64,000 nucleotides of DNA, taken from assembly GCF_006345805.1 (NCBI RefSeq), contig NC_043026.1, forward strand, positions 9,176,001 through 9,240,000. The letters run 5' to 3'. Positions 1 to 15,787 of the stretch are shown in pieces. The translations under genes and the position numbers were made by a program. Position 1 is the first letter of the stretch, and the number at the start of each line of letters is the position of its first letter. Origin of the DNA: Octopus sinensis (lineage: Eukaryota). The notes beneath the pieces are model-generated. The model searched no databases and was not told the DNA's origin. It worked only from the letters and a program-made list of their open reading frames with translations.

Positions 1-2077
<2,077 letters not shown>

Positions 2078-2108
2078 GAAAACCTTTTCTCTGTGAGTGG
2101 TGACTGAA

Positions 2109-2330
2109 CCCTTTACCATGCAGGTTATTCTGTCGAATGTGATGTTTATTTATTCACATTATTTTCAACTTGTCTTACATTATCTCACAGCTTTCAAGTT
2201 TTTTTACGATATGATTGTTTGTATTTAAATGACATTGTAGGGTAGGTGCAAGAGGCCAACTCTGGCTAGTTTGACCATAAGATAGATAGAAAATTTGGAC
2301 CAGGTATGGCCACTTTAAATGCTAAAGAGC
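2109..2330. mobile_element. Old TTAA/piggyBac-type MITE in ZNF-A 3' UTR
   Basis: CCCTTTA... ...TAAAGAG ends; homologous to the intact TTAA-flanked copy at 29248-29467. Confidence 0.6.
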
Positions 2331-2445
2331 TAACCCTACAAGTAACAAATTTCTTACTTCCTACAAGGACCATAGGGGACCATTTTTGACTGTCATTGAA
2401 AATCACATTTAATACAATTTATTTTAAATATCAGCAAATGCATTG

Positions 2446-2451
2446 AATAAA
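2446..2451 (+). terminator. Putative polyadenylation signal of ZNF-A
   Basis: AATAAA at the homologous position in B (10302-10307) and D (27130-27135, minus strand). Confidence 0.5.
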
Positions 2452-3040
2452 GGATTTGAAAATACATTCTTTTAGCATTTATTTACATGTGTGAAAAATA
2501 TATCTATGCACATATACTTGATATGATGCTCATGATTGCACATTCAATACAGTTGTAGAAATTAAAAAGTAATAAGCAGAATTGGTGAAAAATGACCGCT
2601 CGGTACTTCTGCTGTTAACTAAATGTGTATCTATTCATATAGATGTATGACTATCAATGTGACAATTCATAAGAACAATAAGCATTTTGAGCTTCTAAAA
2701 TTGTGGTAGTGTTGTGGGCTTTCTCCATGGCATTAACCAAACTATTCATCAGGGAATTGTTGTAATTGCGGAAGTTCCTTCTATGCCAAAACATAAAGAA
2801 TAAGGGACACTCTCTCTAACTATATATGTAATCACACAGGAGAGGAGATAGAGCTGTGTGTGATAACAGCCTCCTAACTCCAGAGTTTATTTCACCACAT
2901 CTCAGGTAACTCACCTGTGGGATATTTTTTTTTATTAAAAGCAACTTTTGTGTAGGTTTTAAATTTTGTCTTGCATGAATTTTAAGAATCTGTTAAAACC
3001 AATAGGTGTGGCCGTGTGGTATGAACCTTGCTTCCTAAGC

Positions 3041-3274
3041 AAGGCGGCCAGCTGGCAGAACCGTTAGCATGCTGGGCGAAACGCTTTGCGGTAATTCATC
3101 TGCCGCTAACGTTCTGAGTTCAAATACGGTTGAGGTCGACTTTGCCTTTAATCCTTTCGGGGTCGATTAAATAAGTACCAGTTACGCACTGGGGTCGATA
3201 TAATCGACTTAATTCGTTTGTCTTTCCTTGTTTGTCCTCTCTGTGTTTAGCCCCTTGTGGGTAGTAAAGAAATA
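3041..3274 (+). mobile_element. tRNA-derived SINE (family 2) nested in the head of a family-1 SINE
   Basis: GAGTTCAAAT B-box; GTCGACTTTGCCTTT..GGGGTCGAT central domain; 18-bp TSD GGTATGAACCTTGCTTCC at 3018-3035 and 3275-3292; duplicated near 10897-11129. Confidence 0.8.
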
Positions 3275-3451
3275 GGTATGAACCTTGCTTCCCAACTGCA
3301 TGCTTCTGGGATCAGTCCCACTACATGGCACCTTATGCAAGTCTATTCTACTAGAACACTAAGCCGAACAAACCCTTGTGAGTGGATTTTTTAGAGGGAA
3401 ACTGAAAGAAACCCAACATTTATATTTGTCTTCCTGGCTATTAATCTTTAA

Positions 3452-3653
3452 CCCTTTCGTTACTAACGGCTCTGGCTCTGATTACAAATGTCTTGTTTCC
3501 ATAAGTTTTGAATACAAATCTTCCACCAAATCTTAGTCACAATTTATGCTCCTAACACTAGCAATGATAACTAAGTTATTTTACTAAATTCTTTGTTATA
3601 TTTAAAGTAATTGAAAGAAACAGCATCTCAAAATAAATACAGTAACGAAAGGG
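3452..3653. mobile_element. piggyBac-type MITE
   Basis: TIR CCCTTTCGTTACT / AGTAACGAAAGGG flanked by TTAA / TTCA; second copy near 11307-11508. Confidence 0.75.
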
Positions 3654-4228
3654 TTCAATTATTACAAATGAGAAAATACATGAAGCCAAGTGAAATTGCA
3701 AGCACTGAAAATACTAGTTTCTCTTCCGGACCACCAGTCATTATATAAGGAATGGTCCTTACCGTTTTGTGCAGAGAGAAAGAAGGAGAGATGGAGATGA
3801 GATCAGGACAACTGATGCTGCCCAGCACACAGAACCAAACCAGGAAGATGCTACAGAATTTCAACTGTGATACAACTTCCACCGTTCCAGATAGAGTTTG
3901 TTAAAACTTGCCAAACCTGTTACTTCACAATATGTAAGACATTTGCCATGTATTTTATAAAGGGTTGTAATAAATAAATCGCATTGAATTTACGTGGTTC
4001 TTCTTGTCATTCTTTTGTATTGGGTAACTCCAGGCAGACAGACTAGACCAGTGAATGCATAACCAACACACAGGTACATCAAGATGAACCAGCCACAGTT
4101 AACTCGCAAGCAAAACTCATAACCAATGCTACAGAATTTCAACTGTGATACAACTCCCACTGTTCCAGATAGAGTTCGTTAAAACTCAACACCCCCTACA
4201 CTCTAATCATGCTTCCTTTGCAGTATCC

Positions 4229-4408
4229 TATTCCTTTACTACCCACAAGGGGCTAAACACAGAGAGGAGACAAACAAGGACAGACAAAGGGATTAAGTCG
4301 ATTACATCGACTCCAGTGCGTAACTGGTACTTATTTAATCGACCCCGAAAGGATGTCGACCTCAGCGGAATTTGAACTCAGAGCCTAACGTTCCTGCCAG
4401 CTCGCCAC
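4229..4408 (-). mobile_element. SINE family 2
   Basis: Same body on minus strand; TSD-like TTT(G/A)CAGTATCC on both sides; homologous copies near 12087, 34691, 48406, 60093. Confidence 0.75.
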
Positions 4409-5009
4409 ATTTACAGTATCCTGTCCCTTATATTATTACGTTTGAACCTTAAGGGTATGTCCTGGCCCTTGCCACCATCTATATCTCTTTCTTCCCTTAC
4501 TCAACGATCCCCATTTATGTTCTGATCCCCTCCCTAGTGAATACGCCCATCATTTTGCCACTATCTCCATCGTGTTGTCTCCCACCCTCTATCTCCTTCT
4601 CCTGCATTTCCCTCAGGCTGGGTAACCATGTATCTCCTTTGTGGCGGCACACCTGTTTCTGTCTTCATCCTGATCTCTCTCTCTCTCTCTGGCCTGGTAA
4701 ACTTGTACTTCCTCCACAGCAACAGACAGATCACAACAACAGATGCTGCCCAACACACGGAACCAAACCATGAACATGCTACAGAATTTCAACTGTGATA
4801 CAACTCCCACTGTTCCAGATAGAGTTCGTTAAAACTTGCCAAACCTGTTACTTGACAATTTGTAAGACATTTGCCATGTATTTTTATAAGGGGTTGTAAT
4901 AAATAACAGTGCTAGATCTTGTCATTTGTTTATACATGGTAACTCCAGGGACACCGACTACACCAGTTAATGCATAATCAGAGTGAGTGATTAGAATTTT
5001 ATTTTTGTC

Positions 5010-5295
5010 AGCGTCGCCTGACTGGCTGGCGTCTGTGTCGGTGACACAAAAGCACCAACCGATCGTGGCTGTTTGCCAGCCTGCTCTGGCTCCTGTGCCG
5101 GTGGTGGCACGTAAAAAACACCCACTACACTCACGGAGTGGTTGGCGTTAGGAAGGGCATCCAGCTGTAGAAACACTGCCAAATCAGACAAGAGGCTGGT
5201 GCAGCCTCCATGGCTTACCAGACCCCCGGTCGAACCGTCCAACCCATGCTAGCACTTAAAACGGACGTTAAACGATGATGGTGATGATGATGAGA
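5010..5295 (+). mobile_element. Retroposon 3' fragment with (GAT)n tail, probably RTE-related
   Basis: GGTTGGCGTTAGGAAGGGCATCCAGCTGTAGAAAC...CCAACCCATGCTAGCA..GGACGTTAAACGATGATG; copy near 12860-13140. Confidence 0.65.
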
Positions 5296-5343
5296 TGAGA
5301 TATATATATATATATATATATATAAACACACACGTTAATGATA

Positions 5344-5437
5344 GGCAGAAGTTACAGAGTGACAATGGCCCAATTCGTGTTTCATGAGTGCCAATACATG
5401 AAACTCTCAGCTTTTGACTTACTCTCAAACTTCTGCC
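5344..5437. repeat. Short element with terminal and internal inverted repeats
   Basis: GGCAGAAGTT / AACTTCTGCC termini; internal GTTTCATG / CATGAAAC. Confidence 0.4.
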
Positions 5438-5727
5438 GATGATATATATATATACGTACGTATAGGTGTCAAAAAATCTCATCACGCAATCAAACCAATG
5501 AAAGAGCCTCTACCTGGCCGCTCAACGCGCTAAAAATAGCAGCCAAAGTATCCCCCTACAAAATCACACGTCAGATTGAATCGATCCAGTAGGCAGGGTG
5601 CACCTTTTCTACGTATGCCGAAACTACGGGGAAGTCGACTGTGTGCCTTTTACCGTTTCGGGGTCAGTTTTGCCTTTCGCCTTTTTTCGGGATAAATAAA
5701 TTACCAGTTGACTACTAAGGTTCGTTA

Positions 5728-6118
5728 GTGGAGGCGCAATGGCCCAGTGGTTAGGGCAGCGGACTCGCGGTCATAGGAGAGCGCGGTTTCGATTCCCAGA
5801 CCGGGCGTTGTGAGTGTTTATTGAGCGAAAACACCTAAAAGCTCCACGAGGCTCCGGCAGGGGATGGTGGTGATCCCTGCTGTACTCTTTCACCACAACT
5901 TTCTCTCACTCTTACTTCCTGTTTCTGTTGTACCTGTATTTCAAGGGGCCGGCCTTATCACTCTCTGTGTCACGCTGAATATCCCCTAGAACTACGTTAA
6001 GGGTACACGTCTCTGTGGAGTGCTCAGCCACTTACACGTTAATTTCACGGGCAGGCTGTTCCATTGATTCGGATCAACCGGAACCCTCGTCGTCGTAACC
6101 GACGGAGTGCTTCCATCC
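5728..6118 (+). mobile_element. tRNA-derived SINE (family 3)
   Basis: A-box TGGCCCAGTGG, B-box GGTTTCGATTCC; TSD-like ACTA(A)GGTTCGT; copies near 13573-13960, 41365-41660, 53356-53662. Confidence 0.8.
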
Positions 6119-6204
6119 ACTAGGTTCGTGTAATCGACTTAGGCACCCCCCCTCTCCTCACCGAAATTGCTGGCCTTGTGACAAAAGGTGAAATGAATAT
6201 TTCA

Positions 6205-6374
6205 TACGCATGCGCACTAATCGCATTTCCGCCTCCATTCCTGAAATCTCTGCGCACATGTCTGGTGCCAGAATTTCTCTCAATTCACTCCCAAACACAT
6301 TTGTAATACATTTCTCAACCACCTGAAGCACTTCTAACAACAACACCATCCTTTATAAAGACATTTCCGTAAGT
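6205..6374 (+). promoter_or_regulatory. Putative promoter / non-coding exon 1 of ZNF-B
   Basis: TACGCATGCGCA (NRF1/EWG-like) 6205-6216, GTAAGT donor 6369-6374; matching TTTCAG acceptor ending 7541; module conserved in 7 paralogs. Confidence 0.6.
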
Positions 6375-6900
6375 ATTAAACAACGAAATCGTTTAATCTT
6401 TCAATACTTTGGTGTTTTAGATGTCCTTTGATGTGTGCGACATTTGGCTGCTATTTCTAGCTATGGCGGCAACCTCCTACACGCTCCATCGTTTCCCCAT
6501 GTGTTTTTCCCACCCACTACGAATCCCGATCTTGTCTCCAATGAGTGTAGTGGGTGCTTTTTACGTGCCACCGGCCTCCAGGCGAGGCCGGCGGCTGGCA
6601 GCGGACGAACGATGGTGCTTAACGTGCCACCGGCCCGGGGGCCAGTCGGGGCTGGCAGCGGACACGAACGGATGGTGCTTTTACGTGCCACCGGCCCGGG
6701 GGCCAGTCGGGGCTGGCAGCGGACACGAACGGATGGTGCTTTTACGTCCCACCGGGGCGGCGCCGGCAGCGACCACGATCGGATGGTTCGCTTAACCACT
6801 GCTGCAACTTCCACTGATGTTGATCGACCTCGATTTTGGTTCTGCTTTCTGATATCTGATTTCATTTCCTTTGATTTTGACTTTGATTTTGATTGTTCTC

Positions 6901-6930
<30 letters not shown>

Positions 6931-6935
<5 letters not shown>

Positions 6936-7336
6936 TACTCTTTTCTTGTTTCAGTCATTTTGACTGCGGTCATACTGGAGCACCGCCCTTTTAATCGAGC
7001 AACTCGACCCCGGGACATAGTAACCCAGACCATGGGATATTTCTAAGCCCAGTACTTATTCTATGGGTCTCTTTTGCCGCCGCCAAGTAACGGGGACATA
7101 AACACACCAGCATCGGTTATCAATCAATGCTAGGGGGACAAACACAACACACACAACACATATATATATATATACGACGGGCTTCTTTCAATTTCCGTCT
7201 ACCAAATCCACTCACAAGGCTTTGGTCGGCTGAGGCTATAGTAGAAGACACTTGGCCAAAGTGCCATGCAGTGGGACTGAACCCGGAACCATGTGGTTGG
7301 TAAGCAAGCTACTTACCACACAGCCACTCCTGTGCC
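6931..7336 (-). mobile_element. tRNA-derived SINE (family 1)
   Basis: Head GGCACAGGAGTGGCTGTGTGGTAAG..GGTTCAGTCCCAC, internal (TA)/(TG)n, tail GACTGAAACAAG..AAAAGAGTA; copy at 14685-15087. Confidence 0.8.
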
Positions 7337-7856
7337 TTGTGTGTGTATTTATTTTTAAATGTGAATGTGTAATTGGAGTTTACAAATATGTTAGCTTCAC
7401 ATAAGATGTAAATTTTAATAAATTTAAAATTCTGTTGTTCAGGTAAATGTTTATTTCTACAGTTTATCTTTATGGAAATGTTGAATCAGTATTTTTTAAG
7501 TAGCCTCTATATCTTACACTGTTGTTTCTTTATTATTTCAGAATATCAGATGACATTGGTATAACTGAAGATACATTCTCATTATTTATCATCTTTTAAA
7601 GACCAAAATATTGTACAGAACAGAGATGTATAAGATTGTTTCTGAAAATGTGTCGTAGAATTCCACTTTGAAATGTGTTCTTAGCAAACTTTCTGGACTT
7701 CACTGGCTGGAGTGTCTACAAGATGTGTCTGTGTGGAATTTAAACTTGGATAAATTTACTGGACAGAAATACAGCAGTTGAAATATTTGTAAACAAAACA
7801 GTGTAGAAGCAAAGAGAAGGAAAAAATATATCTATTGTGATTTTCAAAGAAATAAA

Positions 7857-9934
<2,078 letters not shown>

Positions 9935-12900
9935 GAAAACCTTTTCTCTGTGAGTGGTGACTGAACCCTTTACCATGCAGGTTATTCTGTCGAATGTGAT
10001 GTTTATTTATTCACATTATTTTCAAATTGTCTTACATTATCTCACAGCTTTCAAGTTTTTACGATATGATTGTTTGTATTTAGAATGACATTGTAGGTAG
10101 GTGCAAGAGGCCAACTCTGGCTAGTTTGACTGTAAGATAGATAGAAAATTTGGACCAGGTATGGCCACTTTAAATGCTAAAGAGCTAACCCTACAAGTAA
10201 CAACATTTCTTACTTCCTACAAGGACCATAGGGGACCATTTTTGACTGTCATTGAAAATCACATTTAATACAATTTATTTTAAATATCAGCAAATGCATT
10301 GAATAAAGGATTTGAAAATACATTCTTTTAGCATTTATTTACATGTGAAAAATATATATCTATGCACATATACTTGATATGATGCTCATGATTGCACATT
10401 CAATACAGTTGTAGAAATTAAAAAGTAATAAGCAGAATTGGTGAAAAATGACCGCTCGGTACTTCTGCTGTTAACTAAATGTGTATCTATTCATATAGAT
10501 GTATGACTATCAATGTGACAATTCATAAGAACAATAAGCATTTTGAGCTTCTAAAATTGTGGTAGTGTTGTGGGCTTTCTCCATGGCATTAACCAAACTA
10601 TTCATCAGGGAATTGTTGTAATTGTGGAAGTTCCTTCTATGACAAAACATAAGAATAAGGCACACTCTCTAACTATAAATGTAATCACACAGGAGAGGAG
10701 ATAGAGCTGTGTGTGATAACAGCCTCCTAACTCCAGAGTTTATTTCACCACATCTCAGGTAACTCACCTGTGGGATATTTTTTTTTTTTATTAAAGCAAC
10801 TTTTGTGTAGGTTTTAAATTTTGTCTTGCATGAATTTTAAGAATCTGTTAAAACCAATAGGTGTGGCCGTGTGGTATGAACCTTGCTTCCTAAGCAAGGC
10901 GGCCAGCTGGCAGAACCGTTAGCATGCTGGGCGAAACGCTTTGCGGTAATTCATCTGCCGCTAACGTTCTGAGTTCAAATACGGTTGAGGTCGACTTTGC
11001 CTTTAATCCTTTCGGGGTCAATAAATAAGTACCAGTTACGCACTGGGGTCGATATAATCGACTTAATTCGTTTGTCTTTCCTTGTTTGTCCTCTCTGTGT
11101 TTAGCCCCTTGTGGGTAGTAAAGAAATAGGTATGAACCTTGCTTCCCAACTGCATGCTTCTGGGATCAGTCCCACTACATGGCACCTTATGCAAGTCTAT
11201 TCTACTAGAACACTAAGCCGAACAAACCCTTGTGAGTGGATTTTTTAGAGGGAAACTGAAAGAAACCCAACATTTATATTTTGTCTTCCTGGCTATTAAT
11301 CTTTAACCCTTTCGTTACTAACCGGCTCTGGCTCTGATTACAAATGTCTTGTTTCCATAAGTTTTGAATACAAATCTTCCACCAAATCTTAGTCACAATT
11401 TATGCTCCTAACACTAGCTCAATGATAACTAAGTTATTTTACTAAATTCTTTGTTATATTTAAAGTAATTGAAAAAAAGCATCTCAAAATAAATACAGTA
11501 ACGAAAGGGTTCAATTATTACAAATGAGAAAATACATGAAGCCAAGTGAAATTGCAAGCACTGAAAATACTAGTTTCTCTTCCGGACCACCAGTCATTTA
11601 TAAGGAATGGTCCTTACCGTTTTTGTGCAGAGAGAAAGAAGGAGAGATGGAGATGAGATCAGGACAACTGATGCTGCCCAGCACACAGAACCAAACCAGG
11701 AAGATGCTACAGAATTTCAACTGTGATACAACTTCCACCGTTCCAGATAGAGTTTGTTAAAACTTGCCAAACCTGTTACTTCACAATATGTAAGACATTT
11801 GCCATGTATTTTTATAAAGGGTTGTAATAAATAAATCGCATTGAATTTACGTGGTTCTTCTTGTCATTCTTTTGTATTGGGTAACTCCAGGCAGACAGAC
11901 TAGACCAGTGAATGCATAACCAACACACAGGTACATCAAGATGAACCAGCCACAGTTAACTCGCAAGCAAAACTCATAACCAATGCTACAGAATTTCAAC
12001 TGTGATACAACTCCCACTGTTCCAGATAGAGTTCGTTAAAACTCAACACCCCCCTACACTCTAATCATGCTTCCTTTGCAGTATCCTATTCCTTTACTAC
12101 CCACAAGGGGCGACAAACACAGAGAGGAGACAAACAAGGACAGACAAAGGGATTAAGTCGATTACATCGACTCCAGTGCGTAACTGGTACTTATTTAATC
12201 GACCCCGAAAGGATGTCGACCTCAGCGGAATTTGAACTCAGAGCCTAACGTTCCTGCCAGCTCGCCACATTTACAGTATCCTGTCCCTTATATTATACGT
12301 TTGAACCTTAAGGGTATGTCCTGGCCCTTGCCACCATCTATATCTCTTTCTTCCCTTACTCAACGATCCCCATTTATGTTCTGATCCCCTCCCTAGTGAA
12401 TACGCCCATCATTTGCCACTATCTCATCGTGTTGTCTCCCACCCTCTATCTCCTTCTCCTGCATTTCCCTCAGGCTGGGTAACCATGTATCTCCTTTGTG
12501 GCGGCACACCTGTTTCTGTCTTCATCCTGATCTCTCTCTCTCTCTCTGCCTGGTAAACTTGTACTTCCTCCACAGCAACAGACAGATCACAACAACAGAT
12601 GCTGCCCACACACGGAACCAAACCATGAACATGCTACAGAATTTCAACTGTGATACAACTCCCACTGTCCAGATAGAGTTCGTTAAAACTTGCCAAACCT
12701 GTTACTTGACAATTTGTAAGACATTTGCCATGTATTTTTATAAGGGGTTGTAATAAATAACAGTGCTAGATCTTCTTGTCATTTGTTTAACATGGTAACT
12801 CCAGGGACACCGACTACACCAGTTAATGCATAATCCAGAGTGATTAGAATTTTATTTTGTCAGCGTCGCCTGACTGGCGTCTGTGTCGGTGACACGTAAA

Positions 12901-14044
12901 AGCACCAACCGATCGTGGCTGTTTGCCAGCCTGCTCTGGCTCCTGTGCCGGTGGCACGTAAAAAAACACCCACTACACTCACGGAGTGGTTGGCGTTAGG
13001 AAGGGCATCCAGCTGTAGAAACACTGCCAAATCAGACAAGAGGCTGGTGCAGCCTCATGGCTTACCAGACCCCGGTCGAACCGTCCAACCCATGCTAGCA
13101 CTTAAAACGGACGTTAAACGATGATGGTGATGATGATGATATAATATATATATATATATATATATAAAACACACCGTTAATGATAGGCAGAAGTTACAGA
13201 GTGACAATGGCCCAATTCGTGTTTCATGAGTGCCAATACATGAAACTCTCAGCTTTTGACTTACTCTCAAACTTCTGCCGATGATATATATATACGTACG
13301 TATAGGTGTCAAAAAATCTCATCACGCAATCAAACCAATGAAAGAGCCTCTACCTGGCCGCTCAACGCGCTAAAAATAGCAGCCAAAGTATCCCCCTACC
13401 AAAATCACACGTCAGATTGAATCGATCCAGTAGGCAGGGTGCACCTTTTCTACGTATGCCGAAACTACGGGGAAGTCGACTGTGCCTTTTACCGTTTCGG
13501 GGTCAGTTTTGCCTTTCGCCTTTTTTGGCGGGTCAATAAAATAAATTACCAGTTGACTACTAAGGTTCGTTAGTGGAGGCGGCAATGGCCAGTGGTTAGG
13601 GCAGCGGACTCGCGGTCATAGGAGAGCGGTTTCGATTCCCAGACCGGGCGTTGTGAGTGTTTATGAGCGAAAACACCTAAAAGCTCCACGAGGCTCCGGC
13701 AGGGGATGGTGGTGATCCCTGCTGTACTCTTTCACCACAACTTCTCTCACTCTTACTTCCTGTTTCTGTTGTACCTGTATTTCAAGGGGCCGGCCTTATC
13801 ACTCTCTGTGTCACGCTGAATATCCCTAGAACTACGTTAAGGGTACACGTCTCTGTGGAGTGCTCAGCCACTTACACGTTAATTTCACGGGCAGGCTGTT
13901 CCATTGATTCGGATCAACCGGAACCCTCGTCGTCGTAACCGACGGAGTGCTTCCATCCATGAGGTTCGTGTAATCGACTTAGGCACCCCCCCCCTCCTCA
14001 CCGAAATTGCTGGCCTTGTGACAAAAGGTGAATGAAATATTTCA

Positions 14045-14213
14045 TACGCATGCGCACTAAACGTATTTCCGGCTCCATTCCTGAAATCTCTGCGCACATG
14101 TCTGGTGCCAGAATTTCTCTCAATTCACTCCAAACACATTTATAATACATTTCTCAACCACCCGAAGCACTTCCAACAACAACACCATCCTTTATAAAGA
14201 CATTTCCGTAAGT
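14045..14213 (+). promoter_or_regulatory. Putative promoter / exon 1 of ZNF-C
   Basis: TACGCATGCGCA 14045-14056; GTAAGT 14208-14213; acceptor AG 15288-15289. Confidence 0.55.
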
Positions 14214-15602
14214 ATTAAACAACGAAATCGTTTAATCTTTCAATACTTGGTGTTTTAGATGTCCTTTGATGTGTGCGACTTGGCTGCTATTTCTAGCTAT
14301 GGCGGCAACCTCTACACGCTCCATCGTTTCCCCATTTGTTTTTCCCACCCACTACGAATCCCGATCTTGTCTCCAATGAGTGTAGTGGGTGCTTCTTACG
14401 TGCCACCGGCCCGGGGGCAGGCGAGGCTGGCAGCGGACACGAACGGATGGTTGCTTTTACGTGCCACCGGCCCGGGGGCCAGTCGGGGCTGGCAGCGGAC
14501 ACGAACGGATGGTGCTTTTACGTGCCCCGGGGCGGCGCCGGCAACGGCACCCCACGATCGGATGGTTCGCTTAACCACTGCTGCAACTTCCACTGATGTT
14601 GATCGACCTCGATTTTGGTTTGCTTTCTGATATCTGATTTCATTTCCTTTGATTTTGATTGTTCTCACTGTGTGTGTGTGTGTGTACTCTTACTCTTTAC
14701 TTGTTTCAGTCATTTTGACTGCGGTCATACTGGAGCACCGCCTTTTTATCGAGCAACTCGACCCCGGGACTTATACTTTTGTAAGCCCAGTACTTATTCT
14801 ATGGGTCTCTTTGCCGATCCGCCAATGTAACGGGGACATAAGCACACCCAGCATCGGTATCAAGCAATGCTAGGGGGACAAACACAAACACACACATACA
14901 TAATATATATATATAATATTAATATATACGACGGGCTTCTTTCAGTTTCCGTCTACCAATCCACTCACAAGGCTTTGGTCGGCCTGAGGATATACTAGAG
15001 ACACTTGCCCAAAGTGCCATGCAATGGGACTGACCCGGAACCATGTGGTGGTAAACAAGCTACTTACCACACAGCCACTCCTGTGCCTTGCGTGTATATT
15101 TATTTTTAAATGTGAATGTGTAATTGGAGTTTACAAATATGTTAGCTTCACATAAGATGTAAATTTTAATAAATTTAAAATTCTGTTGTTTCAGTAAATG
15201 TTTATTCTACAGTTTATCTTTATGGAAATGTTGAATCAGTATTTTAAGTAGCCTCTATATCTTACACTGTTGTTTCTTTATTATTTCAGAATATCAGATG
15301 ACATTGGTATAACTGAAGATACGTTCTCATTATTTATCATCTTTTAAAGACCAAAATATTGTACAGAACAGATGTATAAGATTGTTTCTGAAAATGTGTC
15401 GTAGAATTCACTTTGAAATGTTTCTTAGCAAACTTTCTGCACTTCACTGGCTGGAGTGTCTACAAGATGTGTCTGTGTGGAAATTAAAACTTGGATAAAT
15501 TTACTGGACAGAAAATACAGCAGTTGAAATATTTGTAAACAAAATAGTGTAGAAGCAAAGCTAAGGAAAAAATATATCTATTGTGATTTTCAAAGAAATA
15601 AA

Positions 15603-15754
15603 ATGGAAAATAGTGAGGAACCAAAGGATTTGACTTTTCTAGAAGACAAAGTGAAGAAGAGACGTATATTGTCACATAAACGTGATGTCTGTAAAAAGTC
15701 CTTCTCTGAAAGGGTAACTTGAATAAGCAGAAATGTATTCATACAGGGGAAAAG
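15603..15754 (+). pseudogene. ZNF-C: 5' fragment truncated after the first finger
   Basis: Near-identical to 7857-8010, then an abrupt switch to unrelated sequence. Confidence 0.8.
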
Positions 15755-15787
15755 TCTGAGCGAGGTATGAACTGTAACTGCACAACA

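Noticed and set aside
5728-5806. tRNA gene
   Set aside because: A/B boxes are present but run into a multi-copy SINE body with TSDs; no complete cloverleaf seen
6421-6795. MSFDVCDIWLLFLAMAA.. as a signal-peptide coding exon after a 52-nt intron
   Set aside because: The start is conserved in paralogs, but the frame runs into TE sequence or stops at different points and no donor is conserved; a minor isoform cannot be fully excluded
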